Part shown: piece by piece, positions 1-9,782 of the stretch | Layout: each line of letters begins with the position of its first letter | How positions within the stretch are numbered: position 1 is the stretch's first letter | Assembly: GCA_965214775.1 (NCBI GenBank) | Contig: OZ243974.1 | Coordinates: 992,001 to 1,056,000, forward strand | Direction: 5' to 3' | From: Nitrosopumilus sp. | Lineage (GTDB): Archaea > Thermoproteota > Nitrososphaeria > Nitrososphaerales > Nitrosopumilaceae | Length of the DNA: 64,000 nucleotides | The notes under the pieces: model-generated | What the model saw: the letters and a program-made list of their open reading frames with translations, nothing else | Databases searched by the model: none | Told to the model about the DNA's origin: nothing | Translations under genes and position numbers: made by a program

Positions 1-180
1 GAAATAACTGCCCAGATGTACGGCAAGGCCGTCGACAAGTTCCAAAAGGCACAAATCAATTTTTTAGAAAATTTGAATAAGGATGATGCGTTGGCAAGAT
101 CGCAAATCCAAGCCAACTGCGACCGCAATAACATTGAAAAGCCATCACAGATAACGAAGGTTTCTAAAGAGGTCATCTGA
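1..180 (+). CDS. 3' end of hypothetical protein (partial)
   Basis: Frame 1 open from the window edge (EITAQMYGKAVDKFQKA...KEVI) to TGA at 178-180, directly before the next ORF. Confidence 0.5.
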   Translation, partial: EITAQMYGKAVDKFQKAQINFLENLNKDDALARSQIQANCDRNNIEKPSQITKVSKEVI

Positions 181-182
181 TA

Positions 183-752
183 GTGTACAATGCTCTTAAA
201 CCAAAATCAGCAAAAACAAAGAGTAGAACGAAGACTAACAAGCCAAAAACAGACGCACAAGTTAAAAAAATATTGAAAAAAATCAACGTCTTGATTCTTG
301 GTCCGGGATACCCTCCTAATGAGCTCAAAAAAAGAATTGAGATCAGAAGGAAATTGGAAAAACTTGGACTCAGTGCATATGTAATGGAGCAAAAACATCA
401 ACCTAAAAGACAAACAACCCATGTAGACAAGTTCGATGAATTGTTAGATATGGAAAATTTACTTTGCATTGCAATTTCAACTCCTAATGGATATTCAAAT
501 GGACTGACTTTTGAAATTGGATATATTTGTGGATTGTTTGGCAGAACCAAAAAAGGAAGAGAGAGACTACAGCGTGAATTGGGATTTATTATTTCCGAGA
601 AAGCTAACCAAAAAGAAATTTTGACATCGTATATCACTTCAGGTTTATTTTATGATGGAATCCTTCATTATGAATATTCTAACACTAAAGACATCATAAA
701 AATTGTTGAAATAATGGTGAAGAACAGAGCCATTCACTTGGGTCTGCTTTAA
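183..752 (+). CDS. Hypothetical protein, TIR/nucleoside deoxyribosyltransferase-like fold
   Basis: VLILGPG strand, RKLEKLGLSAYVME helix-strand and GLTFEIGY motif resemble the NDT/TIR catalytic-Glu helix. Confidence 0.5.
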   Translation: MYNALKPKSAKTKSRTKTNKPKTDAQVKKILKKINVLILGPGYPPNELKKRIEIRRKLEKLGLSAYVMEQKHQPKRQTTHVDKFDELLDMENLLCIAISTPNGYSNGLTFEIGYICGLFGRTKKGRERLQRELGFIISEKANQKEILTSYITSGLFYDGILHYEYSNTKDIIKIVEIMVKNRAIHLGLL

Positions 753-1072
753 TGAGCGGCCATTAAGTGCTGATTTTTTTTATGAATTGCTTTGTGTACT
801 CTGACACCAATAGGCGATAGAACAATTTTAAATTTTTTGTCATTTGTAAATTTTTCTAAAACAAGTCCATGCATGATCATTCCCTTAACGCATTGCTCGA
901 AACTCTTTTGTGATACTTTGGCATCCAAGCAATGATCTACGATTTTATATAATTCTTTGAATACGAGTTGATCTCTTTTGCTTAGTTGATCTAGGGCACA
1001 GGCTACTTTATCATACTTTTCAACGTACTCAATTTCATTTTTGAATGGAGTATAATTTACTTGTCGACTCAT
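749..1072 (-). CDS. Hypothetical protein, possible winged helix
   Basis: 107-aa ORF; MIMHGLV...IVLSPIG resembles a wHTH wing. Confidence 0.45.
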   Translation of the reverse strand: MSRQVNYTPFKNEIEYVEKYDKVACALDQLSKRDQLVFKELYKIVDHCLDAKVSQKSFEQCVKGMIMHGLVLEKFTNDKKFKIVLSPIGVRVHKAIHKKNQHLMAAH

Positions 1073-1331
1073 AGACTTCGTGCCTCTAACTTACTCGTAT
1101 CATTCATCATCTTATAAGCCATAATTTGATCAGCTGCAATTTGTGGGTTGTGGTATAAGAAATTGGTCAATCGAATCACCTGAAATAGACAAAAACCCAA
1201 TGCCATCCTCACGGCTATCTTGGAACATCGTTGTATTTATTTTTGAATCCCGTCTTCCCGTCGAGATCACGTCTCCTGGTCAGGCATGAAAATCACAGCC
1301 ACATGAAAACCCATGCCTGATTGACTGAGAG

Positions 1332-1513
1332 GTAAGAGTTTACCCCTCAGGCGACACTACTGACTGGAGCCTTGATCACCGTTCCTACCACGTCGTATTT
1401 TCGGGAGGGGGTAACTCATAGCGTACGAGTTTACCCCTCACCTGAGATACGGCGTGGCAGACGTGATCATGAAGACTCCAGTCAGTAGTGTCGCCTGAGG
1501 GGTAAACTCTTGC
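1332..1513. mobile_element. Two inverted copies of MITE family A
   Basis: Each ~90-bp copy has GTAMGAGTTTACCCCTC-type ends; together they form a long imperfect palindrome; homologues at 21491 and 38414. Confidence 0.8.
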
Positions 1514-1517
1514 ACTC

Positions 1518-1599
1518 ATAGCAACGCTCATAAATAATTGAGGTCTTTCACGGGCAATCTGACCATGTTTTGACTCAAAGACTTCTGCTCGTTGCTATA
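1518..1599. mobile_element. MITE family B
   Basis: Ends ATAGCAACG...TTCTGCTCGTTGCTATA; homologous to 18590-18672. Confidence 0.75.
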
Positions 1600-1779
1600 C
1601 AATCAGTACAGATCAAAAAATCAGGCGGTTTTTACGTCATTTTTGGCAAATACGCATAAGGTCTATTATATGAAAATTATGTCGTGCCATCGCCTAGTCC
1701 TCCTCCACCCATTTTGAGTTATTTCTGGAAAGACTGCAAGGTCAATTAGGGATATAAGGAACTTTTCAGAGTAAGCAAT

Positions 1780-1935
1780 ATGGCAAAATACGACGGTCTT
1801 TTAGGACAGCCGGTTCTTGAGGTAGAAGATCCTGACAAAGAAGGCGGAATTACATTTATCTTCAAAGACAACAGGTTCATGTTTATCAAGGCAGCAGCTG
1901 ACGGAAAGATCGAGACCGTATCAATTCCAGAATAG
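1780..1935 (+). CDS. Small hypothetical protein (51 aa), paralog of the next gene
   Basis: MAKYDGLLGQPVLEVEDPDKEGGITFIFKDNRFMFIKAAADGKIETVSIPE; below the ORF-track cutoff. Confidence 0.75.
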   Translation: MAKYDGLLGQPVLEVEDPDKEGGITFIFKDNRFMFIKAAADGKIETVSIPE

Positions 1936-1946
1936 GTGACAGATGA

Positions 1947-2093
1947 ATGGAAAAATACGACCCAATCAAAATGCTTGAACTTGTAAAAGTCGAAGATCCT
2001 GATTCTGACGGCGGGCTTACTTTGATCTTTCGGGAAAACAAGACTCTAAAGATCAAAGTCGTGGATGGAAAGCTGGTTTCTGAATTTGTGTAA
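1947..2093 (+). CDS. Small hypothetical protein (48 aa), paralog of the previous gene
   Basis: MEKYDPIKMLELVKVEDPDSDGGLTLIFRENKTLKIKVVDGKLVSEFV; shares KYD, VEDPDxxGGxTxIF and DGK. Confidence 0.75.
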   Translation: MEKYDPIKMLELVKVEDPDSDGGLTLIFRENKTLKIKVVDGKLVSEFV

Positions 2094-2094
2094 A

Positions 2095-2589
2095 CTAGCT
2101 TCTCACATGTTTCTCATAATATCCAATGGCCAGTTCTTGTATTTTTGATTGGATTGAGCCGGGGCGTTCATCGCGAATTTTTTTGATGGCATCGACAGCA
2201 GGGAGTTTTTTGTATTTTACAAAATAGCAGGCAAGTATGGTTCCTGCCCTTCCCATTCCTGCCGCACAGTGAACCATCACAGACTGGTTGTTTTGGATTT
2301 GATCATGAATAAACTCTACAGCTGAATCTATTCTTTCCATGTCTGGTGCAGTCAAATCCGGGGTCGGAACATGTAGATAGCCAATCTCCTTGATCCATTC
2401 ATCAGGCAGTGAATTTTCAGTCATTGTAACAATGTTTTGCACGCCTTGGCTGCGAATCCATTCAAATTCATCAAAGCTTGTAGGCATGCCAGAGCCTGCT
2501 AATTTCTCTTCAATCAGCCACGAAAAGTTTGTCGGTCTTTTGGTAATTTTTCCATGAATTTTTCTCCAAATGTTTCCTGGTTTGCTCAT
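2095..2589 (-). CDS. Dual-specificity protein phosphatase
   Basis: VHCAAGMGRAGT (HCx5R) motif; RPGSIQ. Confidence 0.92.
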   Translation of the reverse strand: MSKPGNIWRKIHGKITKRPTNFSWLIEEKLAGSGMPTSFDEFEWIRSQGVQNIVTMTENSLPDEWIKEIGYLHVPTPDLTAPDMERIDSAVEFIHDQIQNNQSVMVHCAAGMGRAGTILACYFVKYKKLPAVDAIKKIRDERPGSIQSKIQELAIGYYEKHVRS

Positions 2590-2652
2590 AATACTGCCAC
2601 TACCACTACTGCTATTGGAATTGCTCTATATTTTTTAGCATTGCGAAATCTC

Positions 2653-3297
2653 CTAGCGTGCAATCGCCCTGACTGGAGATCCGGTAGCATCCTTGAGTTT
2701 TAGCGGAAGAACGGTAAAATCAAATTCCACCGAGGAAATTTTTTGAAGGTTTGTAAGATTTTCGACTATCAGCACGTTATTTTTGGAAAAAATGTGGTGT
2801 ACAGAAAACGACTTGTCTTTTCCAAGATCTATGCTGGGAGAGTCAATTCCAACAAGGCTGGTTTTTTTTGATGCCAGATACTTTGCGGCAGATTCGTTTA
2901 ACCCGGGATTTTCAAGAAAATAGTTTTCCCTTTTGAGATTTTTCTGCCATCCCGTATAAAAGAAAACAGAAGAGCGGTCTGGGATTTTTCCAGATCGCTT
3001 CTCAAAAGAGCGAATATCAGATGCCGAAATTGCCGAATTTCTTGGTTTTGGAATTTTAATCAACAGCCCGGTTCCCGCTAGTCTGTCTAGCGGAATCTGA
3101 TCAACTTTGATTCCGTTTTTTACAAAATGAAACGGCGCATCGATGTGTGTTCCTGTATGAGAGCTCAGAAACAACAGTTCCAGATTATAGCCATCATCAC
3201 GAAGATCCGACCAGGAAAGAAACTGGGGTTTTGGAGAACCGGGAAAACTAGGAATGGATTTTGAGATTGTCAAGGTAAGATCTATTGGCGGTTTCAT
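2653..3297 (-). CDS. Cyclase family (kynurenine formamidase-like) hydrolase
   Basis: HTGTHIDAPFH, GIDSPSID and ATGSPVRA motifs. Confidence 0.92.
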   Translation of the reverse strand: MKPPIDLTLTISKSIPSFPGSPKPQFLSWSDLRDDGYNLELLFLSSHTGTHIDAPFHFVKNGIKVDQIPLDRLAGTGLLIKIPKPRNSAISASDIRSFEKRSGKIPDRSSVFFYTGWQKNLKRENYFLENPGLNESAAKYLASKKTSLVGIDSPSIDLGKDKSFSVHHIFSKNNVLIVENLTNLQKISSVEFDFTVLPLKLKDATGSPVRAIAR

Positions 3298-3368
3298 GTA
3301 TTACCGGTCAGCAGAAGTAATTAATCAGTCTTGAGCCTGTGAAAGGTTAAATACTGATTGGTGAAAAT

Positions 3369-3632
3369 TTGCTTGTGACAACTGCATATGTTTTGTTGAA
3401 TTCCGACCTGGGTTCAGACGAATCAATCATCAACGAAGTAAAGCAAATTCTTGCTGAGGAGGGCATCACCTATGAGATTCAGGGGGTTTACGGCGTATAT
3501 GATATCGTGCTCAAACTGACATCAGACGATGCTGAAAAGCTGCGTGCAATTATTACAAACAAGGTGCGTAAAATTAGCAAGGTCCAATCAACCTTGACCA
3601 TGATGGTTATTGCAGAACAAGAGAACCTATAG
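3369..3632 (+). CDS. Lrp/AsnC ligand-binding domain protein
   Basis: AYVLLN...VYGVYDIVLK...STLTM. Confidence 0.88.
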   Translation: MLVTTAYVLLNSDLGSDESIINEVKQILAEEGITYEIQGVYGVYDIVLKLTSDDAEKLRAIITNKVRKISKVQSTLTMMVIAEQENL

Positions 3633-4781
3633 GTTTTTGACTGCATCGACTACCTGCATCATTTCAGATTCCGTGTTGAAAAAGTGAGGGGATGCACGTA
3701 CGATTTTTTGGTCGTTAATTTCGCGGACTGCCAAAACAATATTCTGTCTTTCAAGTACATCTACGACTTTTTGCGGTTCTTGATTTTCAATGTTAAATGA
3801 TACAATGCTGGTTCGCCGGCTAGGATCATCAGGCCCGTACAAAACAATTTTTGGAATTTTTGACAGCTCCTCCCTAAGCAAGGAAGACAGATATTGGTTC
3901 TTTTGACGAATGCGGTTTAAACCAAATCCCATCAAATAGCTTACAGACGATTCCAATCCTACAATTCCGACATAGTTTCTAAAACCTGTCTGAAACTTGT
4001 CCGGCAGCCCCTTGTATGCAAGATTTTTTTCTTCGTACAGCATTGCAGATTCGCCTCCGACAGTCAAGGGTTCCAAAAGTTCGCTTGATTTTCGATTACA
4101 GTAAAACAGTCCGGTTCCCATCGGCCCACACAGCCATTTTGATCCGTTAAACGACATAAAGTTACATCTGATTTCCGAAATATCCATCTGGCCGATACAT
4201 CCTACAGTTTGGGCACTGTCAACAAAATACGGGGTGGTGGCGTCCTCCAGGATTTTTCCAATCTCATCAAGGGGCAAAATTGCTCCCGTATTGTATAGCG
4301 CATGACTCAGAGCAACAAGTCCGGTATTGTTATCAACCAAGTTTTCCAATTGCCCCATTGCAAATAATCCGTCCTTGTCAATTGGCAGGTTTCTGATTGA
4401 GATCCTGTTTCCTAGTTTAAGCCAGGGGTAAAAATTTGCGTGGTGTTCGTGGGCCATTCCTCTGATCACAATGTTAGAATCACTTGAAAAGGACAGTCCT
4501 CCTGCAACAAGGTTAATGCCGTCAGTGGTGCTTTGAGTAAGGACAACTTCGTCTGGATGGCATTTTAGAATCTTTGAGATCAAAGTTCTGACATTTCTTA
4601 GCTTCTCTGTAACAAGTGGTCCGGACTCCTTTGAGTCAGGCCCAAGAGAATTATAATCGACCAGGAACTGTTTCATCGCCTCAATGCTCTGAGAGGGCAT
4701 CAAGGAGACAGATGCGTTGTTTAGATAGATTTTTCCAGAATTCGGAAAGTCATCAGAAACATCACTTGAGTTAAAATTCAT
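3627..4781 (-). CDS. Aminotransferase class V (cysteine desulfurase-like)
   Basis: YLNNAS, EHHAN, VDSAQ, SKWLCGPMGTG, RASPHFFN. Confidence 0.9.
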   Translation of the reverse strand: MNFNSSDVSDDFPNSGKIYLNNASVSLMPSQSIEAMKQFLVDYNSLGPDSKESGPLVTEKLRNVRTLISKILKCHPDEVVLTQSTTDGINLVAGGLSFSSDSNIVIRGMAHEHHANFYPWLKLGNRISIRNLPIDKDGLFAMGQLENLVDNNTGLVALSHALYNTGAILPLDEIGKILEDATTPYFVDSAQTVGCIGQMDISEIRCNFMSFNGSKWLCGPMGTGLFYCNRKSSELLEPLTVGGESAMLYEEKNLAYKGLPDKFQTGFRNYVGIVGLESSVSYLMGFGLNRIRQKNQYLSSLLREELSKIPKIVLYGPDDPSRRTSIVSFNIENQEPQKVVDVLERQNIVLAVREINDQKIVRASPHFFNTESEMMQVVDAVKNL

Positions 4782-4804
4782 TATTATATCTGTAAAATTC
4801 TCAG

Positions 4805-5419
4805 ATGGTGTTGGATAAAAGTCCTGAGAAAATCATGACAGGGGGTTTGGATTTGGTCAAGAAAGAATTTGAAAGCAATGTACCAAGCCTGGTGGCATGT
4901 TCAGATCCTTTTAGCAAAGCTGAATTTCTAATCCACTTGGCAAATTCTGTTGATCATCCAATAATTTTTGTGGATTTGGATTTTCTGCATTCAGGATATG
5001 TAAAATCAGGAATGATCAAAGACAAGGAGAACATGACGATGCTGCATCCAAACAGAGAAAGCTGGAGCAAAACGCTTGCCGATATTATTTCAGAGGCATC
5101 TAAAGAAAAATTTTTGATAATCATCGACTCGCTAAACGGAATTTACAGCATGTTTGATGACTTGGATTCTGCAAGGTTTGTAAATTCCAGCCTCATGCTG
5201 CTGTCTTGTGCTGCAAGGCAGGCAGATTCCTCCATCATAATTACTGCAATGGTAAGAAGAAAGGAAAACAAAGAGTGGGTTTTGTCTCCAGGAGGAAGGC
5301 AGCTGGTAAAATCATCACAGACTGCCATGTTTTTCGCAAAAAAAGTCGGGGGCCAGCTGGTTTTGTCAAGGCCGGGAAAGAACGGTTCTGAAAAATTTTT
5401 GATCGCAAAACAGTTCTAA
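4805..5419 (+). CDS. Hypothetical protein, degenerate RecA-like ATPase fold
   Basis: IIFVDLD and LIIIDSLN (Walker B-like); no canonical Walker A. Confidence 0.6.
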   Translation: MVLDKSPEKIMTGGLDLVKKEFESNVPSLVACSDPFSKAEFLIHLANSVDHPIIFVDLDFLHSGYVKSGMIKDKENMTMLHPNRESWSKTLADIISEASKEKFLIIIDSLNGIYSMFDDLDSARFVNSSLMLLSCAARQADSSIIITAMVRRKENKEWVLSPGGRQLVKSSQTAMFFAKKVGGQLVLSRPGKNGSEKFLIAKQF

Positions 5420-5426
5420 AGATCAG

Positions 5427-5465
5427 ATTTCAAACGCCGTTATAAAATTTCAAACGCCGTTATAA
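5427..5465. promoter_or_regulatory. Tandem 19-bp direct repeat upstream of ferredoxin
   Basis: ATTTCAAACGCCGTTATAA at 5427-5445 and 5447-5465, followed by TATA-like TTATATT. Confidence 0.5.
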
Positions 5466-5518
5466 CTCCAAAAATCCAAGTAAGTTATATTAATGCCGGA
5501 TTACGATTTAATTTCGTT

Positions 5519-5818
5519 ATGCCAGTAGGAATTATTCCAGACATCAGCGAACAAATGTGTATCGGATGTGCACTGTGTGTAGAAATCTGTACATCATTAG
5601 GTCCAGATGTCCTTAGAGTAAAACCAGTCGAAGGCTGGAAGAGAGGCAAGGCATTTGTTTTCTATCCAGAGAGATGTATTTCTGACGGTGCATGCATAGG
5701 CGTATGCCCAACAAAAGCAATCTTCTGGATGAGACCGATGGACTTTACCGTTGGACAACCAGTTCCACTCTACAAGAACTCAGTCTTCGTCAAAGGTTGG
5801 ACTGAATTAATCGATTAG
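5519..5818 (+). CDS. 4Fe-4S dicluster ferredoxin
   Basis: CIGCALCVEIC and CISDGACIGVCP motifs. Confidence 0.93.
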   Translation: MPVGIIPDISEQMCIGCALCVEICTSLGPDVLRVKPVEGWKRGKAFVFYPERCISDGACIGVCPTKAIFWMRPMDFTVGQPVPLYKNSVFVKGWTELID

Positions 5819-6073
5819 ATTAGTTCTTTTTAATTTCTTTTTATTATTATTTTTCTGCTAGAGCGGGGGGGTTTTGCCGTGCGTGTATAATTATCAGACC
5901 AGGGCTGCTTTAAGGGCATTGGGCCAAGGGCTCTGGCACCGGATGGCGGTATGGCAGTGGCAGAACAGGCGGGCAGGCCTGGGGGTGAGCGAATTAGTGA
6001 AGGAGGGAGAGAGAGGGGGTGAGGAAAGGCATGGCCCAATACGGTTTATGCGCAAATATCAATTCTTTAAAAT

Positions 6074-7867
6074 TTGGCTGTCATAGGGGGTAGTAGATGC
6101 AAATTGCAAATCTCGTTTAATTTAGATAGAAAACTCATTTTTTTGGTGATGATAGTTTCAGTTGTAGCCCTGACTATCACGGGAATTTTGAGTTTCAATT
6201 ATGCTGATCAAATTCTGACAGAAAGGGCTTTAGAACAACTGCTAGGAGAGTCCACCGTAAGGGGTGAAACCCTTCGATTGTTGTTCGAGTCACGAATTGA
6301 ACAAAACAACATTCTTGCAAACGATCCAATGGTTCAGATTTTGGTTTCGGAGATGAATCAAATTTCTGATGAAGAGTTAAAGGACGTCAAGGACAATAAC
6401 AGGAGAAACTTTCTGATTCAGATCCAGGCTTTCCAAGAATTAATTGGGTTTTCGATAGGCTTTGAGGATGTAAAGATTGTGGGAGCAAACGGAAACGTAT
6501 TTTTCTCCCTGGCAGGAGGTGTAAAGAACGAAGATTTTTCAGACAATCCGATGTTCCAAAGGGGACTAACTGAAGCACATGTTGGATTTGAGCCAAGCGC
6601 CGGCGGCAAAAAGATGGTCGTCGTATCGCCGATTTTTGCCAAAGACAGCAAGATAGGTGATGAGCCTATCGGGGTAATCATTTCAAGAATGAGAACGGCG
6701 GCAATAGACAATGTTTTGATCAACAGAAGTGGATTGGGCGAGACCGGGGAAGTGTACATTGTAAATGAAAAATTCGAGATGCTTTCCGAATCCAGATTCG
6801 TCGAGGATGCAGTTTTTCAAATCAAAGTAGACACGCTTGGAGTTCAGAGATGCTTCAACGAAGGGCAGGAACATTTGGGGTTATACAACGACTATAGAGG
6901 AATTCCAATTTATGGTTCGTCATACTGTGCCAGAGATCTGGGAATAGTTTTGCTGGCAGAAATTGACGAGGAGGAGGTTGCAAAACCAATCGGGGTGTTA
7001 GAAGACAGGATCATGCTGACAGGAATGGCAATCACCGTGGGTATGGGCGGCGTCGCATTTGCAATATCAAAGTCTCTTTCAAGGCCATTGAACAAGCTAA
7101 AAAATGCAGCCAATAACATTGCCAGCGGAAACTTTGACGTTAGAACAAACATCAAGACAAGAGATGAAATTGGCGAATTGTCAAATGCGTTTGATTCCAT
7201 GGCACAAAAGCTTCAAGACTCACTGATCGAAATCGAGGAGAAGGAGGACGTCATCAAACAGCAAGAAGAGATATTGTTGAAATTCTCACAACATGCACAA
7301 AATGATTGCGTGGGGGTGATTGACATGAAAGATTCCACAAAAATTTCTGCAGAACTTTCAGAGGAGGAGTTTAGCAAGATGTATGAGATTTTCCTGAATT
7401 TTATGGCAAAAATCATTCGAGAGCATGGCGGCCAGGTCGTAAAAAGTATCGGAGACGCACTGATGTTCAGATTTTCTGACATAAAACCGCATGACACAGC
7501 TGCGATGAAGAATGTTGTGGAGTGTTGTTTGTCAATGCTTGATAATCATGAAAAGCTAAGACAGGAACTGGCAGCAAGGGATCTTCCCGAACTAAATTAC
7601 AAGGTTAGCGCAACGTACGGCTCAGTAAAAGTTGCTGAAAGTGCAACGTCAAACATTGCAGATATTTTCGGTCCGACAGTCAACCGATGTTTTAAGATCA
7701 ATGCGTTATGTCCTAAAAACAGCCTTGTGGTCGGGATAAACCTCCATAAAGCTCTAAAGGACGTGTCCGAATACGCCTTTACAGAATTGTGCATCATACA
7801 GATGAAACAAAAGTACGGCTACGAAATCTTTGAAGTTAGAAGAAGGCCAGAAAATGCCAGTGATTAA
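6074..7867 (+). CDS. Membrane Cache-HAMP class III adenylate/guanylate cyclase
   Basis: Two TM segments, Cache-like GLGETGEVYIVN, HAMP (DEIGELSNAFDSM), cyclase motifs IDMKDST, KSIGDALM, DIFGPTVN; true start may be slightly downstream. Confidence 0.88.
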   Translation: MAVIGGSRCKLQISFNLDRKLIFLVMIVSVVALTITGILSFNYADQILTERALEQLLGESTVRGETLRLLFESRIEQNNILANDPMVQILVSEMNQISDEELKDVKDNNRRNFLIQIQAFQELIGFSIGFEDVKIVGANGNVFFSLAGGVKNEDFSDNPMFQRGLTEAHVGFEPSAGGKKMVVVSPIFAKDSKIGDEPIGVIISRMRTAAIDNVLINRSGLGETGEVYIVNEKFEMLSESRFVEDAVFQIKVDTLGVQRCFNEGQEHLGLYNDYRGIPIYGSSYCARDLGIVLLAEIDEEEVAKPIGVLEDRIMLTGMAITVGMGGVAFAISKSLSRPLNKLKNAANNIASGNFDVRTNIKTRDEIGELSNAFDSMAQKLQDSLIEIEEKEDVIKQQEEILLKFSQHAQNDCVGVIDMKDSTKISAELSEEEFSKMYEIFLNFMAKIIREHGGQVVKSIGDALMFRFSDIKPHDTAAMKNVVECCLSMLDNHEKLRQELAARDLPELNYKVSATYGSVKVAESATSNIADIFGPTVNRCFKINALCPKNSLVVGINLHKALKDVSEYAFTELCIIQMKQKYGYEIFEVRRRPENASD

Positions 7868-9018
7868 TTTTTGGAAAATCCCAGTTTTGATGCCCAGCTG
7901 CCATTTTGTCTTTTGGTTGGTTTCTTTGAGAGGTTGTTTAGCATGTCATATGTGATAGTAAATCCGTGGCCAACCATGGTTGCGTCTTTGCTGTAATTTT
8001 GCTTTTCAGGCACAAATTCATCTGCCAAATCCTTGATTTTCTTGGTTTTCAGGTCAAAGAGCCTGATTTTCTTTCCGTTTTCAAGTCGAATGACTGCATC
8101 CCCGCTCAGGCCTTGAATTGAGAAGGTTGCAAAGAACCTGACGGTGCCGCCTTTCCTTACGTTAATTACTGAATCATAAGTCAGTTTTTCGCCATAAAAC
8201 AGTATTTCACGTGCCGTAATTTGCACGTCATCCTCTACATTTAGAACAATTATGCTGTCTGCATCCAGGGAAACGGTGTTAACAACGTTTTCTGCAACAA
8301 TTTTTCCCCTGGGTGCAGAAACAAATGTTCGGTGCTCCCGAATTTGATAAACCCCCACTCTTCCCTCGGGATCCTCGACTCTGAACTTTCTTCCAAAAAT
8401 GTTTCCCACAACAATGTTTCCCTGATCAGCAACGATTCTGGAGCCGTTATCAATTCTGTATTTGTTTTCAACCGGATCAATGAATTTGAAATCGCCCTTT
8501 GTCAGATGTATGTTGGTCTGAAATTCTTCTGTCCATGACGGGCTAGTGACGCTTCCCTGCATGATGATAGGCCCGTCATATCTCAAGCTTCCTGCCATGA
8601 AGTTTCCCTTGATTGATAATGCCCCGTTGGCCTTGCGTTCTAGTTCGATTTGGCCAAGAGTTTTTGACCCAAACAGTCTTGTTGCAGTCGAATTTGCACG
8701 GTTTAATGCCGCTGCCCATTCTTCTGCAGTCTTCATTTCTTTTGATAGCTGCTGGCCAAGAATCTGGTTTTTCCTCCTTATGTCAGCCTCAGAGTCGCCG
8801 GTGTAAACCCGTGAGTTTTTTGTTTTTTCAACATCGGTTTCGGGATATTTCTTTCCAGTTTTGAGATCCTCGTATGCCTGCTTGATTTTGATGAATTGTT
8901 CGTTCTCGCCGCCCCGGTCAGCATGAAATTGCAAGGCAAGCCGCCTAAATGCGTCCCGTATTTCTTTTTCAGTGGAACCCTCAACAATCCCCAAAATATC
9001 ATAATTGCTCTCAACCAT
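7864..9018 (-). CDS. DnaJ-domain protein
   Basis: N-terminal J domain NYDILG...AFRRLALQFHADRGG (HPD replaced by HAD). Confidence 0.85.
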   Translation of the reverse strand: MVESNYDILGIVEGSTEKEIRDAFRRLALQFHADRGGENEQFIKIKQAYEDLKTGKKYPETDVEKTKNSRVYTGDSEADIRRKNQILGQQLSKEMKTAEEWAAALNRANSTATRLFGSKTLGQIELERKANGALSIKGNFMAGSLRYDGPIIMQGSVTSPSWTEEFQTNIHLTKGDFKFIDPVENKYRIDNGSRIVADQGNIVVGNIFGRKFRVEDPEGRVGVYQIREHRTFVSAPRGKIVAENVVNTVSLDADSIIVLNVEDDVQITAREILFYGEKLTYDSVINVRKGGTVRFFATFSIQGLSGDAVIRLENGKKIRLFDLKTKKIKDLADEFVPEKQNYSKDATMVGHGFTITYDMLNNLSKKPTKRQNGSWASKLGFSKN

Positions 9019-9131
9019 TGCCTTTTCCCAACAAAATTAATTTTTCTTGTTTCCTATAATACTTGTATCTTATTGAAGAAATGCCGAGTGTCAGGGATGT
9101 GAAAAGAAGGAGGCAGTCGTTCTAAAAATCG

Positions 9132-9554
9132 CTATTTTACAACCAGTACGGGAATGTCGGTTTTATGCATGACATAATTGGACGTGCTTCCAAGAAACGC
9201 CTCTTTTGTTGCACCCAAGCCCCTTGCTCCAATTACAACCATGTCAAAATTTCCTTTTTTAGCAAATTTGACAATTTCAGAGCCGGTGTTTCCGCCACCT
9301 GTCTTGTAGCTGAATTTTGCGCCTGCCTTTTGGGTTCTGTTCATGGCAGGACCGATTGCCTTTACGGCTTTTTTCTGGGCTTCATCCTTCATCTTTTCGG
9401 TATATTTAATTCCGGCAGCAATCGGTAAATGAAATACATAAAATCCAGTGATTTCAGCATCGTTACCCTTGGCAATTTCAATGGCCGTATCGAGTCCTCT
9501 TGTTGAGTTTGCAGAACCGTCAACAGGTACAAGGATTTTTTTAATTTTTGCCAT
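9132..9554 (-). CDS. Universal stress protein
   Basis: ILVPVDGS...GARGLG...FLGSTSNYV...PVLVVK. Confidence 0.93.
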   Translation of the reverse strand: MAKIKKILVPVDGSANSTRGLDTAIEIAKGNDAEITGFYVFHLPIAAGIKYTEKMKDEAQKKAVKAIGPAMNRTQKAGAKFSYKTGGGNTGSEIVKFAKKGNFDMVVIGARGLGATKEAFLGSTSNYVMHKTDIPVLVVK

Positions 9555-9583
9555 GTAAAAAACTAGGAACTATTCAATATAAG

Positions 9584-9700
9584 GTAACTGATCGGGTTCT
9601 GAAAGCAGTTCCGGCAGACCGTGTTGGGCGCAGATTCCTTGATCGGCATTCTTCACTGGCGGCAAAATTCATGTCTGGACTTTCAGTCCGATCTCCTGTT
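9584..9700. mobile_element. Degenerate MITE family G/F copy
   Basis: GTAACTGATCGGGTTCTGAAAG end resembles the family G TIR; inverted homologue at ~12055-12245. Confidence 0.65.
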
Positions 9701-9782
9701 GTTGTTACGACGACGATGATGGCAACAGTACAAGAGGCGATTGTGGTTTTCAGAAATTGTTTTGATTGCGGGCAACAACAAA

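Noticed and set aside
5830-6086. Short ORFs in a G-rich intergenic stretch
   Set aside because: No motifs, low complexity, and no second copy found
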